DNA of 64,000 nucleotides from Abditibacterium sp. (lineage in GTDB: Bacteria; Armatimonadota; Abditibacteriia; Abditibacteriales; Abditibacteriaceae), in assembly GCA_965246885.1 (NCBI GenBank), contig OZ251992.1, positions 160,001 through 224,000 on the forward strand, in the 5' to 3' direction. The notes under the pieces are model-generated. The model was not told the DNA's origin. It saw nothing but the letters and a program-made list of their open reading frames with translations, and did not search any database. A program made the position numbers and the translations under genes. Positions 11,905-21,575 of the stretch are shown here, piece by piece; the first letter of the stretch is position 1, and every line of letters begins with the position of its first letter.

Positions 11905-13074
11905 TTAACCCACCACGCACTCCGGCTTTTCGCCCTTGCCTGCACACCACGCGTAGACGGCTTGCCATTTCGCGGCGACGGTGTCCCAACTGTAGTCGCG
12001 CTCCACTAACGCCCGTCCGCGCGCCCCCATCGCGGCGCGCTCGGTATCCGAAAGGGCGAATAAACGGGTTAAACCGTCGAGGGAACCCGCTTCGGTCGCG
12101 GACATTTCGAGGGCACCCCCGGCGGCGACGGCTTCGGGAAAATTGCAACCGGGCGTCAGAAGAACCGGCACGCGCGCGCCCAACGCTTCCAATAGCGACA
12201 TCGAGAACCCTTCCGAATGAGAAGGCAGGACAAACGCGCTCGCGTTACCGAGGGCGGTGCGCTTCGCGTGTCCGGTGAGCAAGCCCGCGAAGGAAACGGA
12301 GTCTTGGAGGCCCAACGCCGCGACTTGCGCTTCCAACTCCGCGCGGTGCCCGCCTTCATCGGGGCCAGCGAGGAGCAAGTGCCAATCGGCGCGCGCCCTT
12401 CCCGCGCGATGCCACGCGGGAAGAAAGTGTATCAAGCCTTTCTTGGGATGCAAGCGCGCCATAAACAAGAGCACCCGTTTGTCGCGCAGGGCGGGAAAAG
12501 CGGCGTTCAACTCCTCGCGCGGTGGCGCGGGTGCATCGTCTAACCCGGTGCCGTTGGGAATGAGGGCGATGGGGCTGTGCAGTCCAAGCCGCCGGATGTC
12601 CTCGACTTCCGTCGGCACAAGCGCGTGCAAAACGCGCGCGCGGGCGAGGGCACGGTCTTGGAACCACCAGTCAATGGGCGCCTTTTTCCAACGGGAGCGC
12701 GCTTGAATATAAGGCTGCGCCATGCCGTGCACGGAGATAATGTGCGGCAGTTCGTGCTCGCGCGCGACGCGGTAACTGAGGTAATGAAGAAACATCCACA
12801 GGCCGTGCGAATGAATGACGCTCGACTGCCGCGCGAGTCGTTCCATGAGCGGGCGGGCATCAAGCGACAAACCAAAAAAGGGATCAAGAGGCCGCGCGAG
12901 GTGTAAATTCGGCCCCCAGAGGGGTGAATCTTCGGGGCGTTCAGCGCGCGGCGCGAGCGCGATGAGTTCGGAGTGCACCCCTTGCCGTTCGAGCGCGGGC
13001 AACATTCCGGCGAGCGCTGCCACGATGCCGCCGCGCGAGGCGCTGATTTCTGTCGAGACCTGAAGCACTTTCAC
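11905..13074 (-). CDS. Glycosyltransferase family 4
   Basis: HSHGLW, ARLHPKKG, LPSHSEGFSMSLLEAL (E-x7-E); GTG start at VKVLQV. Confidence 0.9.
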   Translation of the reverse strand: MKVLQVSTEISASRGGIVAALAGMLPALERQGVHSELIALAPRAERPEDSPLWGPNLHLARPLDPFFGLSLDARPLMERLARQSSVIHSHGLWMFLHYLSYRVAREHELPHIISVHGMAQPYIQARSRWKKAPIDWWFQDRALARARVLHALVPTEVEDIRRLGLHSPIALIPNGTGLDDAPAPPREELNAAFPALRDKRVLLFMARLHPKKGLIHFLPAWHRAGRARADWHLLLAGPDEGGHRAELEAQVAALGLQDSVSFAGLLTGHAKRTALGNASAFVLPSHSEGFSMSLLEALGARVPVLLTPGCNFPEAVAAGGALEMSATEAGSLDGLTRLFALSDTERAAMGARGRALVERDYSWDTVAAKWQAVYAWCAGKGEKPECVVG

Positions 13075-13096
13075 GCGCTTTAGTGTGAATGAATGG

Positions 13097-13200
13097 GAGC
13101 GAATGAATTCGCAGCCAGCAAGAACATCAACGAAGGTTGACGTGTTGCGCTCTTTGTCGGCGAAGGCGGACAATCCCGCTGGCTGCGACTTTAGTCGCTC
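13097..13200. repeat. REPIN-like inverted-repeat element family B, degenerate copy
   Basis: GCGAATGAATTCGCAGCCAGC ... TTGTCGGCGAAGGCGGACAATCCCGCTGGCTGCGACTTTAGTCGC; homologous to 46781-46882. Confidence 0.8.
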
Positions 13201-13264
13201 GCCATAAAAACAAAACGCCCGCTCGGCAAAGCAGACGTTTTGTTTGAGGTGCGCTACCCGGTTT

Positions 13265-13579
13265 TTAGCCGGTGTAATGGTTGCGCCAGTTCCGCCCATA
13301 GCGGCGCTGGTAATAAGCGCGCGAGCGGCGGTGTTCGCTTTGGCGGTCTTTGTGGGCGCGATACAGGGAGTAGCCACCCAAAGCCGCGCCGCCGATGGTG
13401 GCGGTCTTGTTGTGGCGGAGCAGACCATAACCGGCGATGGCGCCGCCCGCGATGGCGGCGGTGTTCCATTTCTTCGAGGAGCGGGCTTGCGCGGCAGGGA
13501 CGAAGGCGCCCGTTAAAGCCGAAGCGGTCAGCACGCCCAAAAGCGCGAAGGAAGCGGTTTTTGTGTGTTGGATTTTCAT
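13265..13579 (-). CDS. Small secreted basic protein with glycine-zipper-like segments
   Basis: Signal peptide ending AQA; AAIAGGAIAGYG and IGGAALGGY segments; Arg/Tyr-rich tail. Confidence 0.65.
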   Translation of the reverse strand: MKIQHTKTASFALLGVLTASALTGAFVPAAQARSSKKWNTAAIAGGAIAGYGLLRHNKTATIGGAALGGYSLYRAHKDRQSEHRRSRAYYQRRYGRNWRNHYTG

Positions 13580-13645
13580 AGTGGGTTCACCAATTGCCGA
13601 TAGAGGCAAGTTGTAAGCCCAAAGACGCGGCGCTTTTAGCTTTGT

Positions 13646-13924
13646 TCAACTTTTGGATGAATCTTTGGCTGCGGAGCTTTCCCACCACTTCGGCCCACGC
13701 TCGCCCAAGGCTTCTTTGGCCGTCTGGACGCGGTCGCGGGCCGCGTTTTCGGCGTCTTTGTCTTTGGCTTTGAGCGCGGCACCGACGGCACGGCGAGCAC
13801 TCATCAGTTCCTTAACCCACCTTTGGCGCTCGTCTTCGGGCAGATTCGGGTTCGTTGCGCGCCATCGGCGGCCATCAATGACGACGTAATGTCCATCGGG
13901 TGTTGGAGTCGCGGTGCGTTTCAT
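13646..13924 (-). CDS. Conserved hypothetical protein
   Basis: TPDGHYVVIDGRRWRATNP...LMSARRAV...AKEALGERGPKWW resembles a widespread small-protein family. Confidence 0.75.
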   Translation of the reverse strand: MKRTATPTPDGHYVVIDGRRWRATNPNLPEDERQRWVKELMSARRAVGAALKAKDKDAENAARDRVQTAKEALGERGPKWWESSAAKDSSKS

Positions 13925-13959
13925 GCGGGCCGCGCGAAGCAAAGAGCGCGCCGGGTGGT

Positions 13960-15348
13960 TCAGTTCGCGCGGGCGGTGAGGGTGCCCGCGCCGTTCATCT
14001 TGCCTTTCAAGACCTCGACGGCGCGTTGCAGTTGGGCGCCGCGTCCACTCAGGGCGTCTTCGGGCGAAGCAGCGACGGGAACATCGGGGGCGATGCCTTT
14101 GTCGGAGATGTCGCGCTTGGCGGGCGTGAGGTATTTGGCAGTGGTAATAACGAGCGCACCGCCGTTCTTGAGGTCAACGAGGACTTGCACGCTGGCTTTA
14201 CCAAAGGTCTGGGCGCCCACGATGGTGGCCTTGCCGTCGTCTTTGAGGGCGCCGGTGACGATTTCGGCGGCGCTCGCGGAGTAGCCGTCCACCAAGTCCA
14301 CAATAGGGATTTGGAGGTTCATGAATTTGTCCGGCTCGGCTTGCAGAGCCTTGATCTGGCCATCGCGCTCGTGTTGGAAGACGATGGGGCCGCTTTGAAT
14401 GAAGCGCGAGCCGACGTCAACCGCCGCCGTGAGCAAGCCGCCGGGGTTGCCGCGCAAGTCGAAGATGAGGCCTTTGGCGGGCACGCCGTCACGTCCCGCT
14501 TTGACCTGAGCCAAGGCCGCCCCAATCTGGGCGTCGGTCTTTTCGTTGAACTCGTCTAACTTTACCCACGCGATGCCGCCGGGGAGCCACTGGAGCGTAA
14601 CGGGGTTCACCTCGACGGTGTCGCGGGTCAGCTTCACGTCGAAGGTGTTGTACTTAATGTCGCGCAGCGCCTTGGCGTCTTTGAGCTTGCGCTCGATTTG
14701 CAAGGAGATGGGCGTGCCGCGCGTGCCCCGGATGAAGGCGATGGTGGCGTCTTCGCCCATGTCCGCCGTTGACTTGCCGTCCACCGCGAGGATGACGTCG
14801 CCGCGTTTGAGTCCGGCTTTTTCGGCGGGGCCACCGGGGATGGGTTCGACGATATAGGGCCGACTGGCGCCGAACGGCTTGGCGTGGGCGCTTCCGGCGT
14901 AGTCGTCCTGCACGTCAATGCGCGCGCCGATGCCGATGAACTCGCCCTTGTTGGAGCTTAGAAACTCGGCGTAATCTTCGGGCGGCATGTAGCGCGTGAA
15001 GCGGTCGCCGAGCGAGCGGAGCATGCCCCTGATGGCACCGTTCGTGATTTGGTTGTCGTCCACTTTGGTCGAAACGAAGTTGTCCTTGATGGCGCGGCGC
15101 ACTTCGTCGAGGGTCTCGTAGGGGCGCAAGTCGGGCTTGAAAGTGCGGGGCGCTTTGGCGTCGGAGGTGGCGACGACGAGGGTGTTGCCATCGGCGGTGC
15201 GGGTGAGGGGCGCAGAAGGAGAAGCGGTCGCAGGCCAGCGCCACTGTGCGGGGAAACGGCTGGCGTGCGCGCCGTAGCCCATGCCAAAGGCTGTGCCCAT
15301 AAGGGCGAAAACGAAAACGGCGCTCGCCGCGCGAGATTGAAACTTCAT
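13960..15348 (-). CDS. ctpA: Carboxyl-terminal processing protease (S41A, PDZ)
   Basis: GIGA PDZ loop, DLRGNPGG, SASAAEI catalytic Ser, TFGKASVQ catalytic Lys. Confidence 0.92.
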   Translation of the reverse strand: MKFQSRAASAVFVFALMGTAFGMGYGAHASRFPAQWRWPATASPSAPLTRTADGNTLVVATSDAKAPRTFKPDLRPYETLDEVRRAIKDNFVSTKVDDNQITNGAIRGMLRSLGDRFTRYMPPEDYAEFLSSNKGEFIGIGARIDVQDDYAGSAHAKPFGASRPYIVEPIPGGPAEKAGLKRGDVILAVDGKSTADMGEDATIAFIRGTRGTPISLQIERKLKDAKALRDIKYNTFDVKLTRDTVEVNPVTLQWLPGGIAWVKLDEFNEKTDAQIGAALAQVKAGRDGVPAKGLIFDLRGNPGGLLTAAVDVGSRFIQSGPIVFQHERDGQIKALQAEPDKFMNLQIPIVDLVDGYSASAAEIVTGALKDDGKATIVGAQTFGKASVQVLVDLKNGGALVITTAKYLTPAKRDISDKGIAPDVPVAASPEDALSGRGAQLQRAVEVLKGKMNGAGTLTARAN

Positions 15349-15452
15349 CGGTATGGTGTCCCTAAGCGACGCCCGACGGCGTCCCGTGAGTTAAACGCAT
15401 CGGTAAAGAAGCGTCACTACTCTGCTCGATGGCTGCGTTCTCCGTGCCGCCG

Positions 15453-16322
15453 CTACTCCGCCACGCACAGCCGGAAGAGGGTAATTTCCGGGCGGCAAAA
15501 GAAGCGCATCTCCGGGCCGACGGTGCCCAAGCCGCGATTGGTGTAGTGCCACATCCCATCGGTTTGATACAAGCCGCGCGGAAAAAGGTCGGAGCACGGC
15601 GGCACATGAATGGGGATGCCACCCGGCAAGCAGATTTGCCCACCGTGCGAGTGGCCCGACAGCATCAGGCCGAACTTGCCATTCCGGGCGTAGTTGATGG
15701 CAAAATCCGGTTCGTGCGCCAGCAACATTGCCGCTTCGCCCTCGCCGATTTGGGCCTCAACCGCCTCGATGTCGCCCGCGCCCAGCCAAGGGTCGTCCAC
15801 GCCGCACAAGTGCAGCTTGGCGTTCCCGCGCTCAAAGGTGTGGACGGTGTTGAACAGTTCGCGCACGCCCGCCTGCCGCATGGCGGCGCTCATGTCGCAG
15901 CCAACGAGGTCGGCGCCCTCGCGGACGTCGTGATTGCCGCGCACGCCAAACACGCCCTCCTTGGCGCGTAGCAGGGGAAGCGTGCGGGCGAAATACGCTT
16001 GCGCCCAGTTGTTCGGGTAGGTGATGAAGTCTCCGGTGATGGCAATGGCATCGGCTCCCAGCCCCGACACGCGCTCGCAAATGGCGGGGAAGTGCGTTTT
16101 CATCGGGCCGTCTTCGATGTGGATGTCGGAGATTTGCGCGACCGTGAACCCGTCGAAGGCGCGCGGCAGGTGGCGCAAAGTGATGTCCTGCCGGACGACT
16201 TGCGTCCAGTTTGGCTCGACCTTTTTGGCCCAGCCATACGACCCGACGCCCGCCACGCCCACGCCCAAGGCGCCGCGCAAGAAGCGGCGGCGCGTCAGTT
16301 TGGGGTCGCGCGGCTTGGACAT
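15453..16322 (-). CDS. Tat-exported metallophosphoesterase (YkuE/YaeI-like)
   Basis: TRRRFL twin-arginine signal; SDIH, TGD, GNHD, LAHEP, SGHSHGGQ. Confidence 0.88.
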   Translation of the reverse strand: MSKPRDPKLTRRRFLRGALGVGVAGVGSYGWAKKVEPNWTQVVRQDITLRHLPRAFDGFTVAQISDIHIEDGPMKTHFPAICERVSGLGADAIAITGDFITYPNNWAQAYFARTLPLLRAKEGVFGVRGNHDVREGADLVGCDMSAAMRQAGVRELFNTVHTFERGNAKLHLCGVDDPWLGAGDIEAVEAQIGEGEAAMLLAHEPDFAINYARNGKFGLMLSGHSHGGQICLPGGIPIHVPPCSDLFPRGLYQTDGMWHYTNRGLGTVGPEMRFFCRPEITLFRLCVAE

Positions 16323-16381
16323 GGCGGCGAGTTTAAGCGGGGCTTTGTTGAGTGGAAGACAAAGAGAGGAAAGAAACGGCG

Positions 16382-17629
16382 CTATAAATCGAGTGGATCG
16401 AGATACACCACCCGTCCAAAACCCGGAGGCGGCTCGCGCCCGTCCGAAGTCGAGCACCACAGAAACGGCATCTTTGGCTTCTCCGTTCCAAAGTTTCCCA
16501 TCATGTCCGTCAGATATAACCCGATGCGCACGTTGGATGCGTTGAGTTTGGCCAGCGCGGGCGCGAAGTCCGTCCCGCCGCCGCCTTTGAAGTGGAACTC
16601 CCCCGCTTTAAAGCGCGCCGTGAACGTCTTGCCATAGGCCGGGATGAGAAACTCGCCCGTCACTTCCGCGTCGCACACCACCAGATATAGCTCCGCGCCG
16701 GTGCGCTTTTGCACGGCCTCCACTTCGCCCGCAAAGCGCAGCAACAACTTCTCATCTATCGAACCCGACGTGTCCACCGCCACCCCAATGCGCCGCACGC
16801 CGCGCTCGTTTTGAAAGCTCGGCTCGAAGAACTCCGAGTCGAGCGACAAGACGCGCCGCCCCGGACGGTTAAAGTTCTCGCGCGTCGTGGGCATCACGGC
16901 GTCTTGCAAATAGGAGCGCAGAATCTGCGGCCAAGGCGTCTTGACGACTGGAAAATCTCCCGCGAGTTCGCGCAGCAATCCACCGGGTTTGTCGCCCGCT
17001 TGCGCCCGCGCCAACCGCGACGCCCACACCCGCGCGCCCAGTTCGCTCATCAAATCGCCGCCTTCCTCGCCGTCCGCGCCGCGCCCCAAGTCGTCCGGTC
17101 GGGGCAGGCCGTGCTTTTCGATGTAATCGTCCAGCCACTGCTCCCATCCCGCTTTGTCGGCGGGAAAGCCGATCTTCTCCAGCAAACGGTGATAGAGCGC
17201 CTCGGCGCTCCACTGCGCGGGCGGGCGCGCTTCCAACTCCTCCTTCGAGAGCAGCGACTCAAACGTCACCGCGTCCTTGGGGTGCGCCACCCACGACATC
17301 TTTTCCAACGCGCGGTTAATAATCGCATCCGCAGCCAAATTCCAAACCAGCGCGTGAGCAGACGAGACGCTCCACGCGCGATGGCCGCGCGGGACGTGGC
17401 GCAGCGCGACATGAAGCACTTCGTGCATGAAGATGAAGGCTTGCTCGCGCGAAGCGTAGCGGTCGAAGAACTCCTGCCCCGCTTGGATGGTGCGCCCGTC
17501 CGTGCGGGCGACGAACGCCTTGGTATCGGCGTAGCGGTGCGGCACCCACAAGGCGATGGCCGCAAATCCGGGGGACTTCGTAACGCAGTAGCGGGCGATG
17601 GTAGATAAAGCGGTTTGTCGCGGGTTCAT
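16382..17629 (-). CDS. DUF2201-type putative metallopeptidase + vWA domain protein
   Basis: RTDGR, HEVLH (HExxH), WNLAADAIIN, VDTSGS MIDAS, GGGGTDF, LTD. Confidence 0.88.
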   Translation of the reverse strand: MNPRQTALSTIARYCVTKSPGFAAIALWVPHRYADTKAFVARTDGRTIQAGQEFFDRYASREQAFIFMHEVLHVALRHVPRGHRAWSVSSAHALVWNLAADAIINRALEKMSWVAHPKDAVTFESLLSKEELEARPPAQWSAEALYHRLLEKIGFPADKAGWEQWLDDYIEKHGLPRPDDLGRGADGEEGGDLMSELGARVWASRLARAQAGDKPGGLLRELAGDFPVVKTPWPQILRSYLQDAVMPTTRENFNRPGRRVLSLDSEFFEPSFQNERGVRRIGVAVDTSGSIDEKLLLRFAGEVEAVQKRTGAELYLVVCDAEVTGEFLIPAYGKTFTARFKAGEFHFKGGGGTDFAPALAKLNASNVRIGLYLTDMMGNFGTEKPKMPFLWCSTSDGREPPPGFGRVVYLDPLDL

Positions 17630-17649
17630 GGGGGTTGGTCGCGGGACGG

Positions 17650-19140
17650 TTAAAACGTCCAGCGCGCTTCGCTGGCCTTCAAGCGCGCAAAGACGGCCTT
17701 CTGTGCGGGCGTGCCGAGCTTTTCCAGACGTTTGGAAAGCAGAACCGTGCGGCCCTCGCGCAGGAAGCGGAGGACGCGCGCTTCCTCGATGTCGTGGGCG
17801 TCATCGTTCATCAGGCGCAAGTAAGCGCGGTAAACGCGGTTGAGGTCGTCGGGACGCGCGGCGAGGAGTGTGGTGGCATCATTCAGCGCGCGGGCACGAG
17901 CGGCGCCGCGCAAGGTTTTGAAGTTCGGGTGCCGCGCTTGGAGCAGCTTTTCCAAGCGGTCGTAGCTCGCGCTCGCGCCGGGGATGCCCACGCTGGGCGC
18001 GGTAGCGTCGGCGCTTACGTCTTTGGTCTTGACTTGCAGCGCGTCGTAGCGGCTTTGCGCGGCGAGCAAGGGCGTATCGCCTTCCAAGACCAACTTGTCA
18101 TCAAGGGCAAGCAACACGGCGCGCTGGGACGGGCTGGCGTCTTGAAGCAAGCGGTCGAACGAGGTGCGCAGCCACCTCGCGTCGGCCTCGGCGGGGAAGA
18201 TGCGGCGCAAAAAGGCGTCACTGGTGGCAAGCGGCACGTCTATGGAGTCGTCGTGAATCTGCGCGTAAGCGAGGGCTTCGTCGAGCGAGACGTGGCCGTC
18301 GCGGTTGAAGTCGGCGCCAGTAACGCGGCGTCCGTCGCGCGAGGTGCCCGACAGCGCGGCGAAGAAGTGGGTGGTGAAGTCCTGATAGTCGCGCTCGTTA
18401 ACTTGGCTGGTGCATCCGGCGGCGGGGCGCTCGGCGATGGCGGCAAAGAAGCCGCAAAAGTCGCGGTTCCACACGGGCTTGGCCGGGTCGCCGCCGACAA
18501 ACAACGTGTTGGCGAAGCCGCCGGCGTGACACTGCACCATGACAAGCACGAGCGGCGCCTTGGCGGGGGCGGCTTGCAAGGCGCGCGCGAGGCGGCGCGT
18601 CGAGAAGTCGTCGCCCCACGCGGCGTAAAGCGTGTTGCCGAAGTCGTCGCGCCCAATGTCGTCGGTTCCCGGCCCGCCATGCCCCGTGAAATAGACCAAC
18701 TGCGGCGCGCTGTCACTTCCCGCCGCGCCAAAAGCCGCGAGACCATGCGCGATGGCATCGGGCGTCGAGGCGCCGCTAATGGGGTTGAGCGTCGGCGCGC
18801 GCAGTTGCACCACGTCGCGGGGCGCGTCCAAGTCCCACACCCAAGACGCGACGGCGCGCGCCCGCGTGCGCGGCGTGTCCACAACAGTCGAAATCGTCTT
18901 GGACGCCGCCCGCCCATCGGCGAACAAGATGCGCCGCCACTTCGCGCCCTTGGTAAACGCCGCGACGTAGCGCGCGTTCGACTCGATGGCGTATTGGTTC
19001 GTCTTCGCGTCCGGCCCGCCCGACACAATCAGCACGCGCCCGAACTTGGACGAGGGAAAGGGCGCGGCAATCTGCGCCCCCGACGACGCGCACGACGCCA
19101 GACAGCACGCGAGCAAAGCCGCGAGGGGAAAACGGTTCAT
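17650..19140 (-). CDS. Caspase/legumain-fold (clan CD) peptidase-like lipoprotein
   Basis: Lipobox-like LASC; VYFTGHGG and MVQCHAGGF His/Cys dyad; DFNRDGHVSLDEA EF-hand-like loop. Confidence 0.7.
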   Translation of the reverse strand: MNRFPLAALLACCLASCASSGAQIAAPFPSSKFGRVLIVSGGPDAKTNQYAIESNARYVAAFTKGAKWRRILFADGRAASKTISTVVDTPRTRARAVASWVWDLDAPRDVVQLRAPTLNPISGASTPDAIAHGLAAFGAAGSDSAPQLVYFTGHGGPGTDDIGRDDFGNTLYAAWGDDFSTRRLARALQAAPAKAPLVLVMVQCHAGGFANTLFVGGDPAKPVWNRDFCGFFAAIAERPAAGCTSQVNERDYQDFTTHFFAALSGTSRDGRRVTGADFNRDGHVSLDEALAYAQIHDDSIDVPLATSDAFLRRIFPAEADARWLRTSFDRLLQDASPSQRAVLLALDDKLVLEGDTPLLAAQSRYDALQVKTKDVSADATAPSVGIPGASASYDRLEKLLQARHPNFKTLRGAARARALNDATTLLAARPDDLNRVYRAYLRLMNDDAHDIEEARVLRFLREGRTVLLSKRLEKLGTPAQKAVFARLKASEARWTF

Positions 19141-19143
19141 GCC

Positions 19144-20130
19144 TTAAGTGTGCGCCCCCAGCCACTCCTCGATTCGCGCGTCAGGAACCTTCCCGCGTAG
19201 CCAGTCGCGCAGTTCGAGCCGCGCTTCGAGTTGCTGGTGGGCGGTGGGGTCTACGGTGAACTCTACAGTCCAGACAACGCCTTCAGGCCGGAACCAAGCG
19301 CGCAAGTGCGGCTCACGCGCGCGCAACTTGCGGAAGCGCCGCTTTCCGTAGCCGGTCTTCCGCCACTCAAGACCTTCTCCGACAAAGTAGCCGCGCAACC
19401 ACGCGAGGAACTTTTCATCTGCGCGCCACCTCATTCCCGACAACGAAAGCGAGCTTCGGGGATTAGGCACAAAGTTACTCGGACAAAAACTGGGCTGTTC
19501 CCACTTTTTGATTGGCTCTTTAACACACATTATCCTTGTATCCCACAGCCAGCGCATCACGCGCTCGAACTCCGCCTGAGTTGTGGATGAGCGCCATGAC
19601 AACCGCTCGATTTCTTCATCGCCCACGCGACGGAAAAACAGTTCGTCCTCAACCGCGTGAATCGCGGCGCGGCAACAGCCATGAGACTGCCCTTTACGCC
19701 AAGGATTGGAGTATTCTTCTGGCAGCACAGTGTCAGGCAGTAAGGGCCACATCCGCGTCGCTCCGGGCGCGAAGGTCAGCCAGTCACGACTCGACCATTC
19801 GCGCAAAAGCCCCGTCCCGTTCGGGGCGTAGATGAACTGCAGATTCATCCACTGCGAGTGACGATAGACATCAAATTTATGGGAGAAACACACGCCGTAG
19901 CGCCGACTTCTCACCGCTTCCTCAAAACACGCGAGGGCATCACCTTCCTCGCAAGCATCGAGAGTGGCCCACACGCCCGGTTCGCCGTCCATCAGCCGGA
20001 AATACACCCGGTCTTCGTGCCATTGCACTGCGAAGCGGCGCTCCTCGCCGCGCCACATCGCCCGTTCGAGCGAGAGGGCGCCCGACCGTTGCGAGGGGTA
20101 AAGCGGCTCCCAAGGCAGGTCGAAGGTCAT
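19144..20130 (-). CDS. Hypothetical protein (Trp/Arg-rich)
   Basis: 328-aa ORF packed with 3-bp gaps between neighbours; central part less GC-skewed; C-terminal PTAHQQLEARLELRDWL. Confidence 0.65.
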   Translation of the reverse strand: MTFDLPWEPLYPSQRSGALSLERAMWRGEERRFAVQWHEDRVYFRLMDGEPGVWATLDACEEGDALACFEEAVRSRRYGVCFSHKFDVYRHSQWMNLQFIYAPNGTGLLREWSSRDWLTFAPGATRMWPLLPDTVLPEEYSNPWRKGQSHGCCRAAIHAVEDELFFRRVGDEEIERLSWRSSTTQAEFERVMRWLWDTRIMCVKEPIKKWEQPSFCPSNFVPNPRSSLSLSGMRWRADEKFLAWLRGYFVGEGLEWRKTGYGKRRFRKLRAREPHLRAWFRPEGVVWTVEFTVDPTAHQQLEARLELRDWLRGKVPDARIEEWLGAHT

Positions 20131-20133
20131 GGT

Positions 20134-21207
20134 CTACAACTCCACGATCTCCTTAGCTTTCTTCCGATAAGCGCCGTATTCCGGCGTGTCGCCGAGGGCG
20201 AAGAGGAGGCCCAAGCGTCCGGCTTTTTCGAGGAGCAGTTCCATAGCGAGGGCTTGCACTTCGGGGCGGGGGAGGTCGTCTTCCGTGCGGCTCATGGCTT
20301 CGAGAATGCGGACGGAGCGTTGGAAGTCGGGGAGCGCCGACGAGTAGGCGGCGAGCGAATAGGTGAGGCCATACAGTCCCGACAGCGTGCGCGGCAGCAT
20401 TTTGAGGAGGCGCTTTTCGTCGTCTACGGCGTCGAAGAGCGACTCCATCGGCGGCAAGTCTTTGAGTTCCTCGACGACGTGGAAGAACTCCGCCGCCGCC
20501 GCTTCGCCCACGATGCCCGCCACCAGAAACTCCCGCGCGTCGCGCGACGGCTCCGCTCCCATCACGCGCGACACGCGCTCCCACGAGCGGGGCGTTGGCC
20601 CGATGAGTTGCCCCGCCGCTTGCTGCATCTGGTTCGATTCGAGGAAGTCGGGCTTGACTTGGATGAACGTCAGCACTTCGGGCGCGATGTCGTGGTTTTG
20701 GCCCCATTTGATCCATTCCTTCGGCTCGGCGACCACCTTGAAATGCACCAAGCGGTCGGCAAGCGCGCTCCCCATATCATACGCGACCGCGCCATCGTCG
20801 GGCGAGTTGCCCGCGCCCACGACCCACCACCCGTCCGGCAAACGGTATTCGCCGATGCGCCGGTCGAGGATGAGTTGATACGCCGCCACTTGCAAGCGCG
20901 GCTCAGCGCCCGTCAGTTCGTCCAAAAACAGGATGCCCTCGCCCTCCGTCGGCAAGAATTCGGGCCGATACCAAATCGTCGTTTGCGAGGCATGGTTGAG
21001 CGCGGGCAACCCCCGCAAGTCGGCGGCCTCGATTTGCGAGAGCAGGACGATCTGCAAATCAATCCCCTTGGCCTGCGCAAAGTCGCGGATGAGCGAGGAC
21101 TTCCCAATCCCCGGCGCCCCATGCAAAAACGCGGGCAAGCGCAGTTGATACAACGGCTCCAAACACTGCAAAACACGGTTGGGGGTCACGGGCACGGTGT
21201 TAATCAT
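20134..21207 (-). CDS. MoxR/dynein-related AAA+ ATPase
   Basis: Walker A GAPGIGKS, DLRGLP, Walker B LFLDE, sensor AGN, ALADRL, PTPRSWE. Confidence 0.9.
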   Translation of the reverse strand: MINTVPVTPNRVLQCLEPLYQLRLPAFLHGAPGIGKSSLIRDFAQAKGIDLQIVLLSQIEAADLRGLPALNHASQTTIWYRPEFLPTEGEGILFLDELTGAEPRLQVAAYQLILDRRIGEYRLPDGWWVVGAGNSPDDGAVAYDMGSALADRLVHFKVVAEPKEWIKWGQNHDIAPEVLTFIQVKPDFLESNQMQQAAGQLIGPTPRSWERVSRVMGAEPSRDAREFLVAGIVGEAAAAEFFHVVEELKDLPPMESLFDAVDDEKRLLKMLPRTLSGLYGLTYSLAAYSSALPDFQRSVRILEAMSRTEDDLPRPEVQALAMELLLEKAGRLGLLFALGDTPEYGAYRKKAKEIVEL

Positions 21208-21296
21208 AAAGCGGCTTTCGGACGCACGGAGGGGAACGGGGACACCTGAAAAGTTTGCGGCACACAAGCGACGCGCCGCATTTGGCCCCTTAAACT

Positions 21297-21575
21297 ATGG
21301 GGATGAGCATCTTGCAAATCGAGATTCCTGACGACAAGCGCCTTGAATGGGAAGCGCGCGCGGCGGCGCAGGGGCGCGACCTACAAACGTGGGCGGTGGA
21401 ACTCCTGACCGCCCGCGCGGACGAGGAAGCGCCGGACGAGCACGAGCGCCGCACTATCGAGGGGGAACTGTTGAAGGCGCTCGAATCGCCACTCATCGAG
21501 GTCACGCCGCAGTGGTGGGCACAGTTTGAGAAGGAGACGATGGCTCGCGTTGATGCAGACCACGCCAAACAATAG
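21297..21575 (+). CDS. ParD-like antitoxin
   Basis: Small acidic protein with RHH-like N-term and LLKALESPLIEVTPQWW; overlaps the downstream toxin-like gene. Confidence 0.65.
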   Translation: MGMSILQIEIPDDKRLEWEARAAAQGRDLQTWAVELLTARADEEAPDEHERRTIEGELLKALESPLIEVTPQWWAQFEKETMARVDADHAKQ

